The position numbers and the translations under genes are program-made. The notes under the pieces are model-generated. The model saw only the letters and a program-made list of their open reading frames with translations. It was not told where the DNA came from and made no database searches. A DNA stretch of 64,000 nucleotides from Lepidodermella squamata (taxonomy: Eukaryota; Animalia; Gastrotricha), in assembly GCA_047495785.1 (NCBI GenBank), contig JBLDXI010000016.1, positions 992,001 through 1,056,000 on the forward strand, written 5' to 3'. Shown piece after piece: positions 50,534 through 61,602 of the stretch. Numbering within the stretch: the stretch's first letter is position 1; every line of letters starts with the position of its first letter.

Positions 50534-50616
50534 TGGCTACGTTTTTTGGGCAAGAGAACAAACACTCATGTGCGACAAGTCCCAACCAGTGTTAATCTAG
50601 TAGGCAGGTCGGCCTA

Positions 50617-50688
50617 GGGGGCATAGCTCAGTGGTAGAGCGTCTCATTCGCATTGTGAAGGTCTCGGGTTCAATCCCCGATGCCTCCA
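50617..50688 (+). tRNA. tRNA-Ala(CGC)
   Basis: Identical to other copies. Confidence 0.9.
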
Positions 50689-50745
50689 GTTGGCCACTTT
50701 TTCACATTATTAATGGGAAATTAAAAGCAAAAAGTCGTAAAATGG

Positions 50746-50829
50746 TGTCAGAAGTGGGGTTCGAACCCACGCCCTCTTTCGAGGACCAGATCTTGAGTCT
50801 GGCGCCTTAGACCGCTCGGCCATCCTGAC
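50746..50829 (-). tRNA. tRNA-Leu(CAA)
   Basis: Identical to other copies. Confidence 0.95.
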
Positions 50830-50938
50830 TGCTTGACCAACCTCTCGATTATTTGCAAATCAACACACTGTTTCTAGCTTCGAGCAATCACAATCAGAGC
50901 GAGCTTGAAACCTTCCATTGGCTGCAGCTGATAAGAGA

Positions 50939-51011
50939 GGCGCTGTGGCGAAATGGCTATCGCGTCGGACTTCGGATCCGAAGATTGTGGGTTCGAGTCC
51001 CATCAGCGTCA
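50939..51011 (+). tRNA. tRNA-Arg(TCG)
   Basis: Identical to other copies. Confidence 0.9.
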
Positions 51012-51142
51012 TTTGCTCCTTTTGTACTATTTTTGTTTTTGTTTGTACTATTTTCAGTAGCATGCTTCAAAAGCCAACGTATTTTTATTTCTTATTTTGC
51101 TGATTTCGTACATTGACCAACAATTTGCCTCTCATATCACGG

Positions 51143-51215
51143 GCCTTCCTAGCTCAGTCGGTAGAGCATGTGACTTTTAATCACAGGGTCGGGGGTTCGA
51201 GTCCCCCGGAGGGCG
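51143..51215 (+). tRNA. tRNA-Lys(TTT)
   Basis: Identical to other copies. Confidence 0.95.
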
Positions 51216-51279
51216 CAATAATTTTTACCCAAAGTAACTTGTAACTTGCTAATGCTGCTAAGATGACGAAGATCTTGAA

Positions 51280-51352
51280 GGGGGATTAGCTCAAATGGTA
51301 GAGCGCTCGCTTAGCATGCGAGAGGTAACGGGATCGACGCCCGTATCCTCCA
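51280..51352 (+). tRNA. tRNA-Ala(AGC)
   Basis: Identical to other copies. Confidence 0.95.
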
Positions 51353-51506
51353 CAACTTTTTCGGCTAGCGAGTAAGATAAGATAAGATAAGCAAAACAAA
51401 TGATGAGAGGACTTGACACTCAAATATTTGAGCATTTGGATGTCTTCCGTCCCTTTTTATAACGCCATCATCAAACAGGATGAACATTTAGAAGGTTAAA
51501 AAAAAG

Positions 51507-51578
51507 TTCCCTGACCGGGAATCGAACCCGGGCCGCCGCGGTGAAAGCGCGGAATCCTAACCACTAGACCATCAGGGA
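51507..51578 (-). tRNA. tRNA-Glu(TTC)
   Basis: TCCCTGATGGTCTAG..., anticodon loop CTTTCAC. Confidence 0.95.
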
Positions 51579-51672
51579 GGTGCTGACTACAATACTGCTG
51601 GACCTCAATTTCAGCTGTGATTCCGCGCTTCAGCGCAAAGTAGTCGAAAATGATATAGCTAAAACAAATTGC

Positions 51673-51744
51673 GGGCCCGTTCGGGTATTGAACCCGAGAC
51701 CTCTCGCACCCGAAGCGAGAATCATACCCCTAGACCAACGGGCC
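51673..51744 (-). tRNA. tRNA-Pro(CGG)
   Basis: GGCCCGTTGGTCTAG..., anticodon loop TTCGGGT. Confidence 0.9.
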
Positions 51745-52891
51745 GGTGCTAAGCTGCGGTCACGCGAGGGCTCTATCTAAGACTTAGATTATTCGAAGTT
51801 GGGATTTATTGATGATCGAAGCTATGTACAACGAAGCTACAACGTTTCATCTGTATCTTCAAAATCAGCTTTTATTCACCATGGAACTTTAGTTTCGCGA
51901 AAGCTGAAGTATTCAATAAGGTAAATTTATTCTAATAATGATTGACGAGTTTGCGATTGGCCTAAACCAAGATTCCTAAGTTGATAGAACTTCGGAAAAT
52001 GATGTTCAACCCCTGTAGTCTCAGCTTTACAGAGAGAATTAGCTGAACTCTCCGATTTCGGGTCCAATGCACACCTGACTTCGCGAACCTTTTTCTGCCT
52101 TCGATCAACTGGAAAAAAATAAACCCAGATATAATTTAAAAGAATTATATAATAAGACGACTCAATCCACGAGAAATATTCGAAATAGCCATATTTATTC
52201 AATTTAAAAAATCTCATTTGTGTTCAAAGTCGTTTAGAAGATCCGTTGCGATTGTCACCAGTTCCAGAATCGAAATAATCTTGAAGGTTCAATTTGAAAT
52301 TCTCTTTTGATTTGTACTGCTTGAATCCTTAGGTAGCCAATGTAGCCACCTTACAAATCTCGATCGTTGAAGGAGGCAACGCCAACTGCATTAAGGTTCA
52401 GGACATTAGATACCAAGCTTTTAGCTTGATGGGTAAAACTAAGCACCTGTTAACAAAAATCACGAGATTAAATACGATAAATCGACTGTTTTAACTAACA
52501 ATTTGGGAGATTTGTCCATAATTTATCGCCAATCCATCACCACATTTCTCCGTGAGCAAGGTGAAAAGTGACGTCACCGACTTGTAAAACAGAACGAACG
52601 AAATGGAAACGAACAAAAATCCCGACAGCAACAGCAAAAATTGAACACAAGCAGACACAAATCTGGCTATGAACATCTCTCGAAATCTCGCCTGGAAAAA
52701 AATATTTAAAACTGCTTCACCCGTAATCCTTTTCATCACACTTTCGCAAAATGTTGTGTGTATAGTGAAAAAAGTAGTTACGATTGTGTACTCAGCTGTT
52801 TATTCATGCATTCATAGATATAGCGTAGTTTAAAATTAAAAAAAAATTTAACAGTGTAATTTGATTCTGGAAGTACACACGCGAAAACTCG

Positions 52892-54196
52892 TCAGTTACT
52901 AACAGTGCTTTGCATCTTCGATAAATCGTCAAATTTCACGTAATCACTAACAGTTTTAGGCAAGCCCAGCAACTCGATGGCTCGATTCCGCTCGTTGAGG
53001 CCCTTCGGCAGCTGATTGAGCAAAACACGCCGCGACAGCCTTTGCAGCGATAACGGAACTTTCGAGTCGAATTCTACGCCAACTAGCCCGTACTCTTCTA
53101 GGATCCGCCTTAAAAACACAACCAACCGCGGCCTGTCGTCGATCGGCGTTCGGATTAGCACTAAATGATGCTGACTTGTCGCTCTGATTCGGGCGGGTAG
53201 GCGAAACCCGGCCTGGATAAGGAGTAGCAGGCCGTTCCTTAGAACCAGCTCGAACTCGTCGAATTTGCCAGATGATAGCAATTTTTTCAGCAGGGTGAAT
53301 AATGCAGCTTCTAACTGGTAACGCCTCGACAAACTCGCCAGAGCTTGGCTGGAAAACATTTCCAACAACCTGCGGTATAAATCGGGCGATTGATAGGCCA
53401 GCGATGAGATACTCGCGATTGAGACTGAATCTTCAATCGAATCCCGATCTGAAACTAAACCAGCTTTCACTTCTTCCTGCCGTCTATTCAGGAATAGCTT
53501 CATCATAACAACGTAATCGTCGATTGGGTGATTTGTCATCAGAGCTTGGCTGATTGATGACGCGGTGGCGACGATCGGCCTAGGGTGGGGCCGTCTACCA
53601 GGCGGGGGGTCGTTCAAAACCACGGTTAACGCGCCTTTTTTCAAGCAAATTTTAACGCATTCAGGATAGCCGTTGTAGACAGCTTCGTACAACAGCGCCT
53701 GTAGGTAGCAGCGCGGGATGATTGCTGAATTTTTTCGAATTAAAACCGAAAAATTGCGATGGTCACCGGAGGAAACCGAACACCACAATTGCATAGCTAG
53801 CCGGTGGTCGAAAACTTTTTTATGAAAAACTTTCGCAACATCTTTCAACCGAAATTTCGTTAGTTCGGCGAGAAATTTTTCGTGGAGTTCTTTCGATTGC
53901 GATCGGCTGATTTCTCGCAGGCCGATATCACGATCTTGCCGCTGCGAATTCGAGCAGTAGCCGGTTAAACACCGCGGGTAGAACATGATAAATTGCGCCT
54001 GGTCCGGGTCGAATTGTGACGTTAGCCTACTGAACAGGTACCAGTGCGATTGAAGGGTGGAACTCGTTGTTGTATCAGGGGGAAGTTTTAGCCTAACTTT
54101 GCACCATGTCGCGTTCGCTAGCGCCAGGTAGTCGTCGTGGAAGTTGTCGGTGTTAAGCGGGCAATTTGGCGGGCAGATAAGGCGGCCTCGTTGCAT
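52892..54196 (-). CDS. Intronless SOCS-box protein with degenerate ankyrin repeat (ASB-like)
   Basis: C-terminal VPLSLQRLSRRVL...LGLPKTVSDYV (BC box plus Cul box); LLYEAVYNGYPECVKICLKKGA is ankyrin-like. Confidence 0.75.
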   Translation of the reverse strand: MQRGRLICPPNCPLNTDNFHDDYLALANATWCKVRLKLPPDTTTSSTLQSHWYLFSRLTSQFDPDQAQFIMFYPRCLTGYCSNSQRQDRDIGLREISRSQSKELHEKFLAELTKFRLKDVAKVFHKKVFDHRLAMQLWCSVSSGDHRNFSVLIRKNSAIIPRCYLQALLYEAVYNGYPECVKICLKKGALTVVLNDPPPGRRPHPRPIVATASSISQALMTNHPIDDYVVMMKLFLNRRQEEVKAGLVSDRDSIEDSVSIASISSLAYQSPDLYRRLLEMFSSQALASLSRRYQLEAALFTLLKKLLSSGKFDEFELVLRNGLLLLIQAGFRLPARIRATSQHHLVLIRTPIDDRPRLVVFLRRILEEYGLVGVEFDSKVPLSLQRLSRRVLLNQLPKGLNERNRAIELLGLPKTVSDYVKFDDLSKMQSTVSN

Positions 54197-55659
54197 GCTT
54201 TTTCAATGCGTTGTGTTTTATTACATGCCTGAAATGTGCGCGAATGTTATTATCAAATATATATCTAGCGCGTAGCCTTCTGCCGTTTTTATCGATCGAT
54301 GCCTATGTTATAACACGTTGTATATATAAAGGAAAACAACGCGTGAAATCAATAGAAAAAATGCGGCGGAAGAATACTAGAACTATTCCCATAAGTATTG
54401 ATCTTATACTTTGAAAGCGCATTAATAATAATAAAAGTTGTAATTGCGCCTCTCTGACGCAAGTGATTTTGGTCATAGCATTGTGCGCGGAGAAAAAAAT
54501 TAATCCGCTTGATAGGATAATGCCTGGATTCTTTTTAAATGCCTGGTTAAATCTCTCGCCAATTTCGGGTGGTTTTTTTTTTAAAAACGGAGTAATCACG
54601 GACAAAATCTTGCTTCTCGAGGATTAAAAATCAGTCTTGATTCAGAAATCGATGAATTTTGGTATGAATATGTACAAAGCGATTGCCGATTTATCTGTGA
54701 ATTTTAGTGATTTTTACGAATTTTACCTGATTTTTCGCAATTGAAAACAAAATTTGTGGATAATATCGGACAATTAGCGGGTAATTTTGGACGCTCATAA
54801 GAAAATTCAAGCAATAATTTATCACAACGATCAATCAATGCTTTAGATGGTTGAAAAAATTGATAATTAATATGATCGAACTTTTGAAAGATGGTTGAAT
54901 TCATTGGAATTGTTTTGCGAATTTATTTATTCGGTGGAATTTTTTTTTCAGGTGAAAGCAGAGTTCCGATGGTGGAAATGAAATAAAACCATCAACGATT
55001 TTACGCCTGGATCTTTTTAACTGTATCGTCACGGAATTATTATCTGCTGGTGAAATAATAATTATATTATTTAACAAACCTTTAAGGAGGTTTTAGGTAG
55101 CGGAGCTTATTAATTTGAAACCGCTGTTCGTCTCTTTCTATCACCGTTAAGACTAGGCGAAACTGACAGGATTGTTCCTAAGAAATTCGCCGCTTGCTTG
55201 AATAGGAAAATCAAGCTGCACCTTGCTTTGCCGATTTCTTTCCAGAATCCAAAATCCAAAATGCAAGCATTGAACAGGACTGGTCGGCGGGGGTTCAAAA
55301 CAAAAAAACTGATTTTCGAAAATCGCAAATTTCTCTATGGAATACAACAATCGTTTCCAGAGTACAACTAGAGGGTCCTGAACCTCTGAAAACAATATTT
55401 CGGGGCAATATAAGGATGCAGTCTGTCGTTTAGCGTTGGTACCATGATTTTAAGCACACTTTTTAAATCAATGGACCATCTTTCAAGTTCAAAGTTCCGA
55501 TCTCTCAAGCTAGTCGCTCGATCATTTTATTTTAATTGACAGGCTTTTTCGTATAACTTGCTCCCTATTTTATTTCAAAGCTTGACTTTTCCTTTTATAA
55601 GCGGAATTATCATGTCTTTCGAGCCTGAAATTGAATGAACAAACCATTCAATGTAATTC

Positions 55660-57113
55660 CTAGTTATCTATAAGACTTGATCTTTGCACATTTGAATAGT
55701 ATCCGCCATTTTCATATTTCGAGCACGCGTCAAATGGATATAATCGAGTATATCCTAGTTTGCGGCACTCAAAAAACCTCGGCTCCTGAATGCAATAACT
55801 CGCCGTTAGACCCGCGGCTGCGACAGGTTTCGCCTCGTCCGCGTAGTTCAACGCGATGATCTCGCCGAAAAAATTGTTGTAGTGAACGAACGCCGCCATA
55901 AATATGTTGATTTTTCCACTACTTGCCGTGAGACGATTCGCTTTGATCCATTTTACGAACTGGCTGGTAGTGCAAGCGCCCATTCGCGTAAAATAACCGC
56001 TACGTCCTACCACCAATTCATCATGTAACAGCCTCATTGAAGGTTCCGTCACACCACATATGACAAAGAATTTGTTGTCATTGGCTGGTCGCGACCTAAC
56101 GGCCTGCAATTTTGAAACAAAAATGTTACCTTAAAATTTCTACTGTAACGTAAAAAATTTGCTAAAAATCTAGTAAAAATGGGAAATTTTATAAAATTTC
56201 AGAGAAATTCAGATATTGTCCAGCCTCTGGTTTAATTTCCGACGCAAAATTTAAAAACATGTATTAAAAAGAATGTGATTACTTCTGTCCAATTTTCCTC
56301 AAGCTCCGTTAGCTCCGTGTATGAAGCCTCGCTTCCACGAATTGCATCACCCCGCCAAGCTATGGAACTAGCTGGCCCAGTTGCCTTGTCGTAAAAAAGG
56401 ATTATTTGATGTCCCGCAGCTGTCATGTTTCTCAGGCTCATCGAACTCGGCCCATCAGGGTAATCGCTAGGCTTCGCGAACTTATCATATCCAAAGTTGA
56501 TGTAGAGCTTCTTCAAAAAAGCGACATGCTGCTGCTCAGTAATGCTCTCGAAATCATTGAAATTCAGTATAATAACCTCGCCAGGATTCATATTCAAGAA
56601 ATCCCTCATGCCGCCGAACACACTCAGGTCGCCAAACATCTCTGGCGAAGACTGATGAAGATAGTTGGTAAAGTAAATCTTGTTGTCATTAACCCCTAAA
56701 TATTCAGGGTTGCGAGCTGCGATTGGAAGGTCGAAATACCGGATGCCAAGGTACAGCTGGTCGAAAATGGTATGTTCCTGAGCTTTGCCCCATTGCTCCA
56801 GCCTGCAGTTCATCAAGTCGTCATTTACGCGCTGAGACAGCTGAAATGGCATCAAATCGCGGTCAATGGTATAAACTCGGCCGAGACGGGGGTTTAGGGC
56901 TCTTGAAAAAGCTGCGTAGGCCCCTGGAATAGCAAGTTTTGTCAGTGGCAGATCGCGTAGCCTGGCAGGTAAGTTGGTCATCCACCGATCGAGTGTTGTA
57001 TTCGTCGTACATCTTAAAGGCAGTTCGGCTGCATCAGTCGTTAGAGAAAATAAAATCGCACTGATAATGAGAGTAGAATAAACAAAATGCATCAACATTG
57101 ATAGTGCTGGCAT
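55660..57113 (-). CDS. Secreted PLCXD-like protein, paralog 5 (2 exons)
   Basis: Exons 57113-56283 and 56103-55660; AIPGAYA and GIRYFDLP motifs. Confidence 0.85.
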
Positions 57114-57451
57114 TTGTGATGAAAAATGCTGAAGTTGAGCCGACGTGATGCTTTGTTAAATCTTTCGAGATGCATGCTCGTGGGTTTCAAGATGTGACTC
57201 ATGTTACCACGCAGAACTAAACTAGAATAGCCTGAGATAAAGGCAGATAACACGAAATAAATATTTAATGTTTCACGTACCTTCGGGGTCATGAAAATAT
57301 GATATAAGGGTTAAGGGTTGGCATATTTCTAGCAACTAAGGTCGGATCCGGGACCTGGTTTAGCAACCGACTGCGGTGCGCTGTGGCCATCGCATTTTCG
57401 GGTTTTGAAAGGCTTTCACTTCCTTGCGGATTTCATTTTCTATTGCTTTTC

Positions 57452-57610
57452 CGGGCGTGGCGCGAACGCCGTTACCCAAGTGAAATATTTTGCACCCGAC
57501 TCCACCGATGAGGCAGAGCGCAGGGGTCAGCGGACCGCAGTGCAATGGCCCGCCTCGCCCTGGGGCGACCGACTTGCTGAGCTCGGTTCATCCCAGTGCC
57601 AGGTAAGTTT
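57452..57610 (-). ncRNA. U1: U1 snRNA (variant Sm site)
   Basis: Same structure as the other copies. Confidence 0.95.
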
Positions 57611-57726
57611 AGTGGCCAAAGGTCCACGCGATCGACCCCACTCGGCAGTTTGACCATAAGTGGATGCTGAAGTCATTTGGTTATTCCTTTTTCATCGAAA
57701 TTCTTTTTAAAAATGATTGCGACAGT

Positions 57727-57798
57727 TAGCAGAGCGTAGTTTCGATCTACAGACCTCTGGGTTATGGGCCCAGCGCGCTTCCACTGCGCCACTCTGCT
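57727..57798 (-). tRNA. tRNA-iMet(CAT)
   Basis: Identical to other copies. Confidence 0.95.
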
Positions 57799-57866
57799 TG
57801 TCTGAAGGAGGAATTTGACCATTCAGTAGCTGTTTTATAAGTGTCGTGAATTCAAATGGAAAATTA

Positions 57867-57951
57867 TGGCAAGCGGTGGGGTTCGAACCCACGCCTCCGA
57901 AGAGACTAGAGCCTATAAATCTAGCGCCTTAGACCACTCGGCCACGCTACC
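57867..57951 (-). pseudogene. tRNA-Leu(TAG) variant with 9-nt anticodon loop and acceptor-stem insertion
   Basis: Loop TTTATAGGC (2 nt extra) and 3' strand CGCTTGCCA (1 nt extra). Confidence 0.75.
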
Positions 57952-58948
57952 TCGGCTTCTCTTTATTCCACTATTTAACCAATAATTCAAAACAAGCGAG
58001 TGGTTGAAATGATGTTTTGGAGCTGAGGAATTTTCGCAAGGAGATCTATTTGCTGCGGCGTCGAATTTCGGCTAATTAAAATGCATCAAAACGGGGTGAG
58101 GTGGCGGTCTGATTGTTTCAAAGTCTTTTAACCAACATCGAGCTGTAATATTCCTCAAAGGGCGATCAATAATTCATCAAAATTGAAATTATACAGTCAA
58201 TGTCTGAATAATTCCTGAATCGTCCTTCCCGCCGTGAAAGGGCTCATTTGATTAGGGCAGACGATGTTTTTCTGAAATTTTTAATTTGTTCAAGCTGAAT
58301 ACTAATACGTTAACTTGTGTATGTGCACTGTTGATTGACAATTTGCCAGCGTAGGCGGCTAGAGTTAGCCAGAGTTACCCAGCCTGCAGAGCCGATATCG
58401 ATTTCAAGAATCGACTTTACAATTCAGTGATTTTTCCGATATCAGCCGTCGTAGTAACCAACATCGATAATTTTTCTATGTAGCTTAGGGCGCCAGGCAG
58501 CTGTGGTAAAAATCCTAGATTCAGGGAGCGCATGAGCATCGATCAAAAACTTGAAACACCGAAATCGCAAAGAATCTGAAAAATGTAGTGCCAGTTGGAC
58601 GCTTAAATTTCGTGCATGAACCTCATTTTTAGTGGTGCAAATATTATTTGGACCCAATTGCAAATTAATGGCGAAATCACCCGGAAGAATGTTCGTTCGG
58701 GGTATTGTTGTTGAAATATTGTTTCAGGTAAATCTAGTGCTGCGGTCTCACATTTAGTTTTGGTATTTGTGAAATTGCTGAGTTTTTTTTCCAAGTTTCG
58801 ACATTTCGAGTTACTCGCTCGATCACACGAACTCAACCGAATTGTTTCAACGGACAGAAATTATTGTCGCTACTTTATTTCTTTAATAAGCGGAATTATC
58901 ATGTCCATCGAGCCTAAAATTAGATGAACAAACCGTTCAATGCAATTT

Positions 58949-60546
58949 CTAGTTATCTATAAGACTTTTTCTCGGGAAATATGTAAAATACTCCTCAGTT
59001 TTATAATCCGAGCACTCATCACTATCATTGTCTTGATTCCTGCACACAAGAAACGTCGGCTGCCGAATGCAATAAATCGCCGTTAGATCCGCAGCGCTGA
59101 CAGGTTTCATCGCCTCGCCCGCGTAGTTCAACGCGATAACCTCGCCGAAAAAATTGTTGTAGTGAACGAACGCCGCCATAAATATGTTGATTTTTCCACT
59201 ACTTGCCGTGAGACGATTCGCTTTGATCCATTTTACAAACTTGCTGGTCGTGCACGCGCCCATTTCCGTCAAATAATTGACAGGTTCCAGCAATATTCCA
59301 CCCTGCAACATCCCAATTGAAGGTACCATCACACCACGTAAGACAAATAGGTTTTTGTCATCATCTCGTCGCGATCTAACGGCCTGTAATTCCGGTGAAA
59401 AAAAATATTCCACCTATAAAATTGTATCGTAACGTGGAAAGTGTAGTTTGGAATACATAGCTCAGGGTAATTTGAGGTTGATTCAGCATTTTCTACTTTT
59501 GTTTGTTAATTTGACCTATTTTCGAGTGTCATGAGGTTCAATATTCAAATGAGCAACAATCCGTCCAATGTTAGGCGAATAGGCTCAAATTAGCTAAAAA
59601 TCGAGTACAAATTTCCTAACTTTCAGAGAAAATAAGATTTTGTCGAGCCTATACCTCTGGTTTAATTTTTTGGAGAACAGCTGATTTTAAAAAATTGAAA
59701 AACAGCGACTAATTATAATGTAATTACTTCGGTCCACTTTGGTTCAAGGTCCGTTAGTTCCGTGTAGGCCTCGCCTCCACTAATTGCATCAGCCTGCCAA
59801 GCTATGGAACTAGCTGGCCCAGTTGCCATGTCGTAAAAAATTATTATTTGATGTCCCGCAGCTGTCATGTTGCTCAAACTCATCGAACTCGGTCCATCAG
59901 GGTAATCGCTAGGCTTCGCGATCTTATCATATCCAAAGTTGATGTAGAGCTTCTTCAGAAACGCGACATGCTGCTGCTGAGTCATGCTGTCGAAATTATT
60001 GAAATTCAGTATAACAATCTCGCCAGGGTTTATATTCAAGAAATCTCTCATGCCGCCGAACAAGCCGAACTCGCCGAACATGTCCGGAATAGACTGATGA
60101 AGATAGTTGGTCAAGTAAACCTTGTTGTCATTAACCGCGTAATAGTCCGGGTTGCGAGCTGCGATTGGAAGGTCGAAATACCGGATGCCAAGGTACAGCT
60201 GGTCGAGAATGGTATGTTCCTGAGCTTTGCCCCATTGCTCCAGCCTGCAGTTCATCAAGTCGTCATTTACGCGCTGAGACAGCTGAAATGGCATCAAATC
60301 GCGGTCAATGGTATAAACTCGGCCGAGACGGGGGTTTAGGGCACTTGAAAAAGCTGCGTAGGATCCAGGAATAGCAAGTTTTGTCAGTGGCAGATCGCGT
60401 AGCCTGGCAGGTAAGTTGGTCATCCATTGTTCAAGCGTAGTGTTCGTCGTACATCTTAAAGGCAGTTCGTTTGCATCAGTCGTTGGAGGAAAAATCACAC
60501 TGATAATGAGAGAAGAATAAAAGACGTTCCTTAGTGGTTGTAGCAT
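58949..60546 (-). CDS. Secreted PLCXD-like protein, paralog 6 (2 exons)
   Basis: Exons 60546-59728 and 59383-58949; AIPGSYA and GIRYFDLP motifs. Confidence 0.85.
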
Positions 60547-61102
60547 TCGTGCTTAACAAATGCTTCAACCAAGTCGACAGAAACTAAACCATCATGCTTG
60601 TACTTTTCCAAAGGCATGCAGGTTGTAGTAGGTGCCAAACTATGTGACTCATTCCCCGCTGAGCCAGATTAGACCAGCATGAGATGAAGATTTAGTACAA
60701 ATAATTTACGTATTTCCGATGTCATTGAAATAAAGTTCTAGCATTTATGGTCGTTCTGAGTGGAAAAAGGTGTCCATTTAATGATCGGTGCAATTAGACT
60801 GTTGATAATATAACCGTATTTGTTCCTATTACGGCCCGAGCTACTGAAATTCAACCTCGAAATTTTGAAAAAATTCAAAATTGAAACAATAATTGTCGGT
60901 GAATCGTTCATTTTTAGTGATTTTGAACCGACTTGACTCTCAACCTCAACCCTCGGCTTACCATTAGGGATGGGCGATTATTATCGACTATTTTTGATAG
61001 CCTGAGCTATTTTTCGACACAATAAGGTGTAGTATTTCAGGAAGTTGAGTAATGTTCGAAAACAACCAATTAAAAATGACACCTATATTTTTCGTAATTT
61101 TA

Positions 61103-61261
61103 CGGGTGTGGCGCGAACGCCGATACCCAAGTGAAATATTTTGCACCCGACTCCACCGATGAGGCAGAGCGCAGGGGTCAGCGGACCGCAGTGCAATGGC
61201 CCGCCTCGCCCTGGGGCGACCGACTTGCTGAGCTCGGTGCATCCCAGTGCCAGGTAAGTTT
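61103..61261 (-). ncRNA. U1: U1 snRNA (variant Sm site)
   Basis: Same structure; one A>C change in stem I. Confidence 0.95.
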
Positions 61262-61378
61262 AGTGGCCAAAGGTCCACGCGATCGACCCCACTCAACAGT
61301 TGGACCATAAACGGACACTCAAGTCATTTGGTTATTCCTCAGATCTTGGGAGTTTCTGATTAAAAATATTGCGACAGT

Positions 61379-61450
61379 TAGCAGAGCGTAGTTTCGATCT
61401 ACAGACCTCTGGGTTATGGGCCCAGCGCGCTTCCACTGCGCCACTCTGCT
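61379..61450 (-). tRNA. tRNA-iMet(CAT)
   Basis: Identical to other copies. Confidence 0.95.
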
Positions 61451-61519
61451 TGTCTGAAGGAGGAATGTAGCCATTCGATCGTTGTTTTGAAGTTTTCAAG
61501 AATTCAAATGGAAAAATGA

Positions 61520-61602
61520 TGGCAAGCGGTGGGGTTCGAACCCACGCCTCCGAAGAGACTAGAGCCTAAATCTAGCGCCTTAGACCACTCGGCCACGCTA
61601 CC
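61520..61602 (-). tRNA. tRNA-Leu(TAG) with 1-nt acceptor-stem insertion (possibly pseudogene)
   Basis: 3' strand CGCTTGCCA, otherwise intact. Confidence 0.7.

Noticed and set aside
51927-52739. Possible decayed type II membrane gene
   Set aside because: Fragments have stops in all frames and no recognisable motif.
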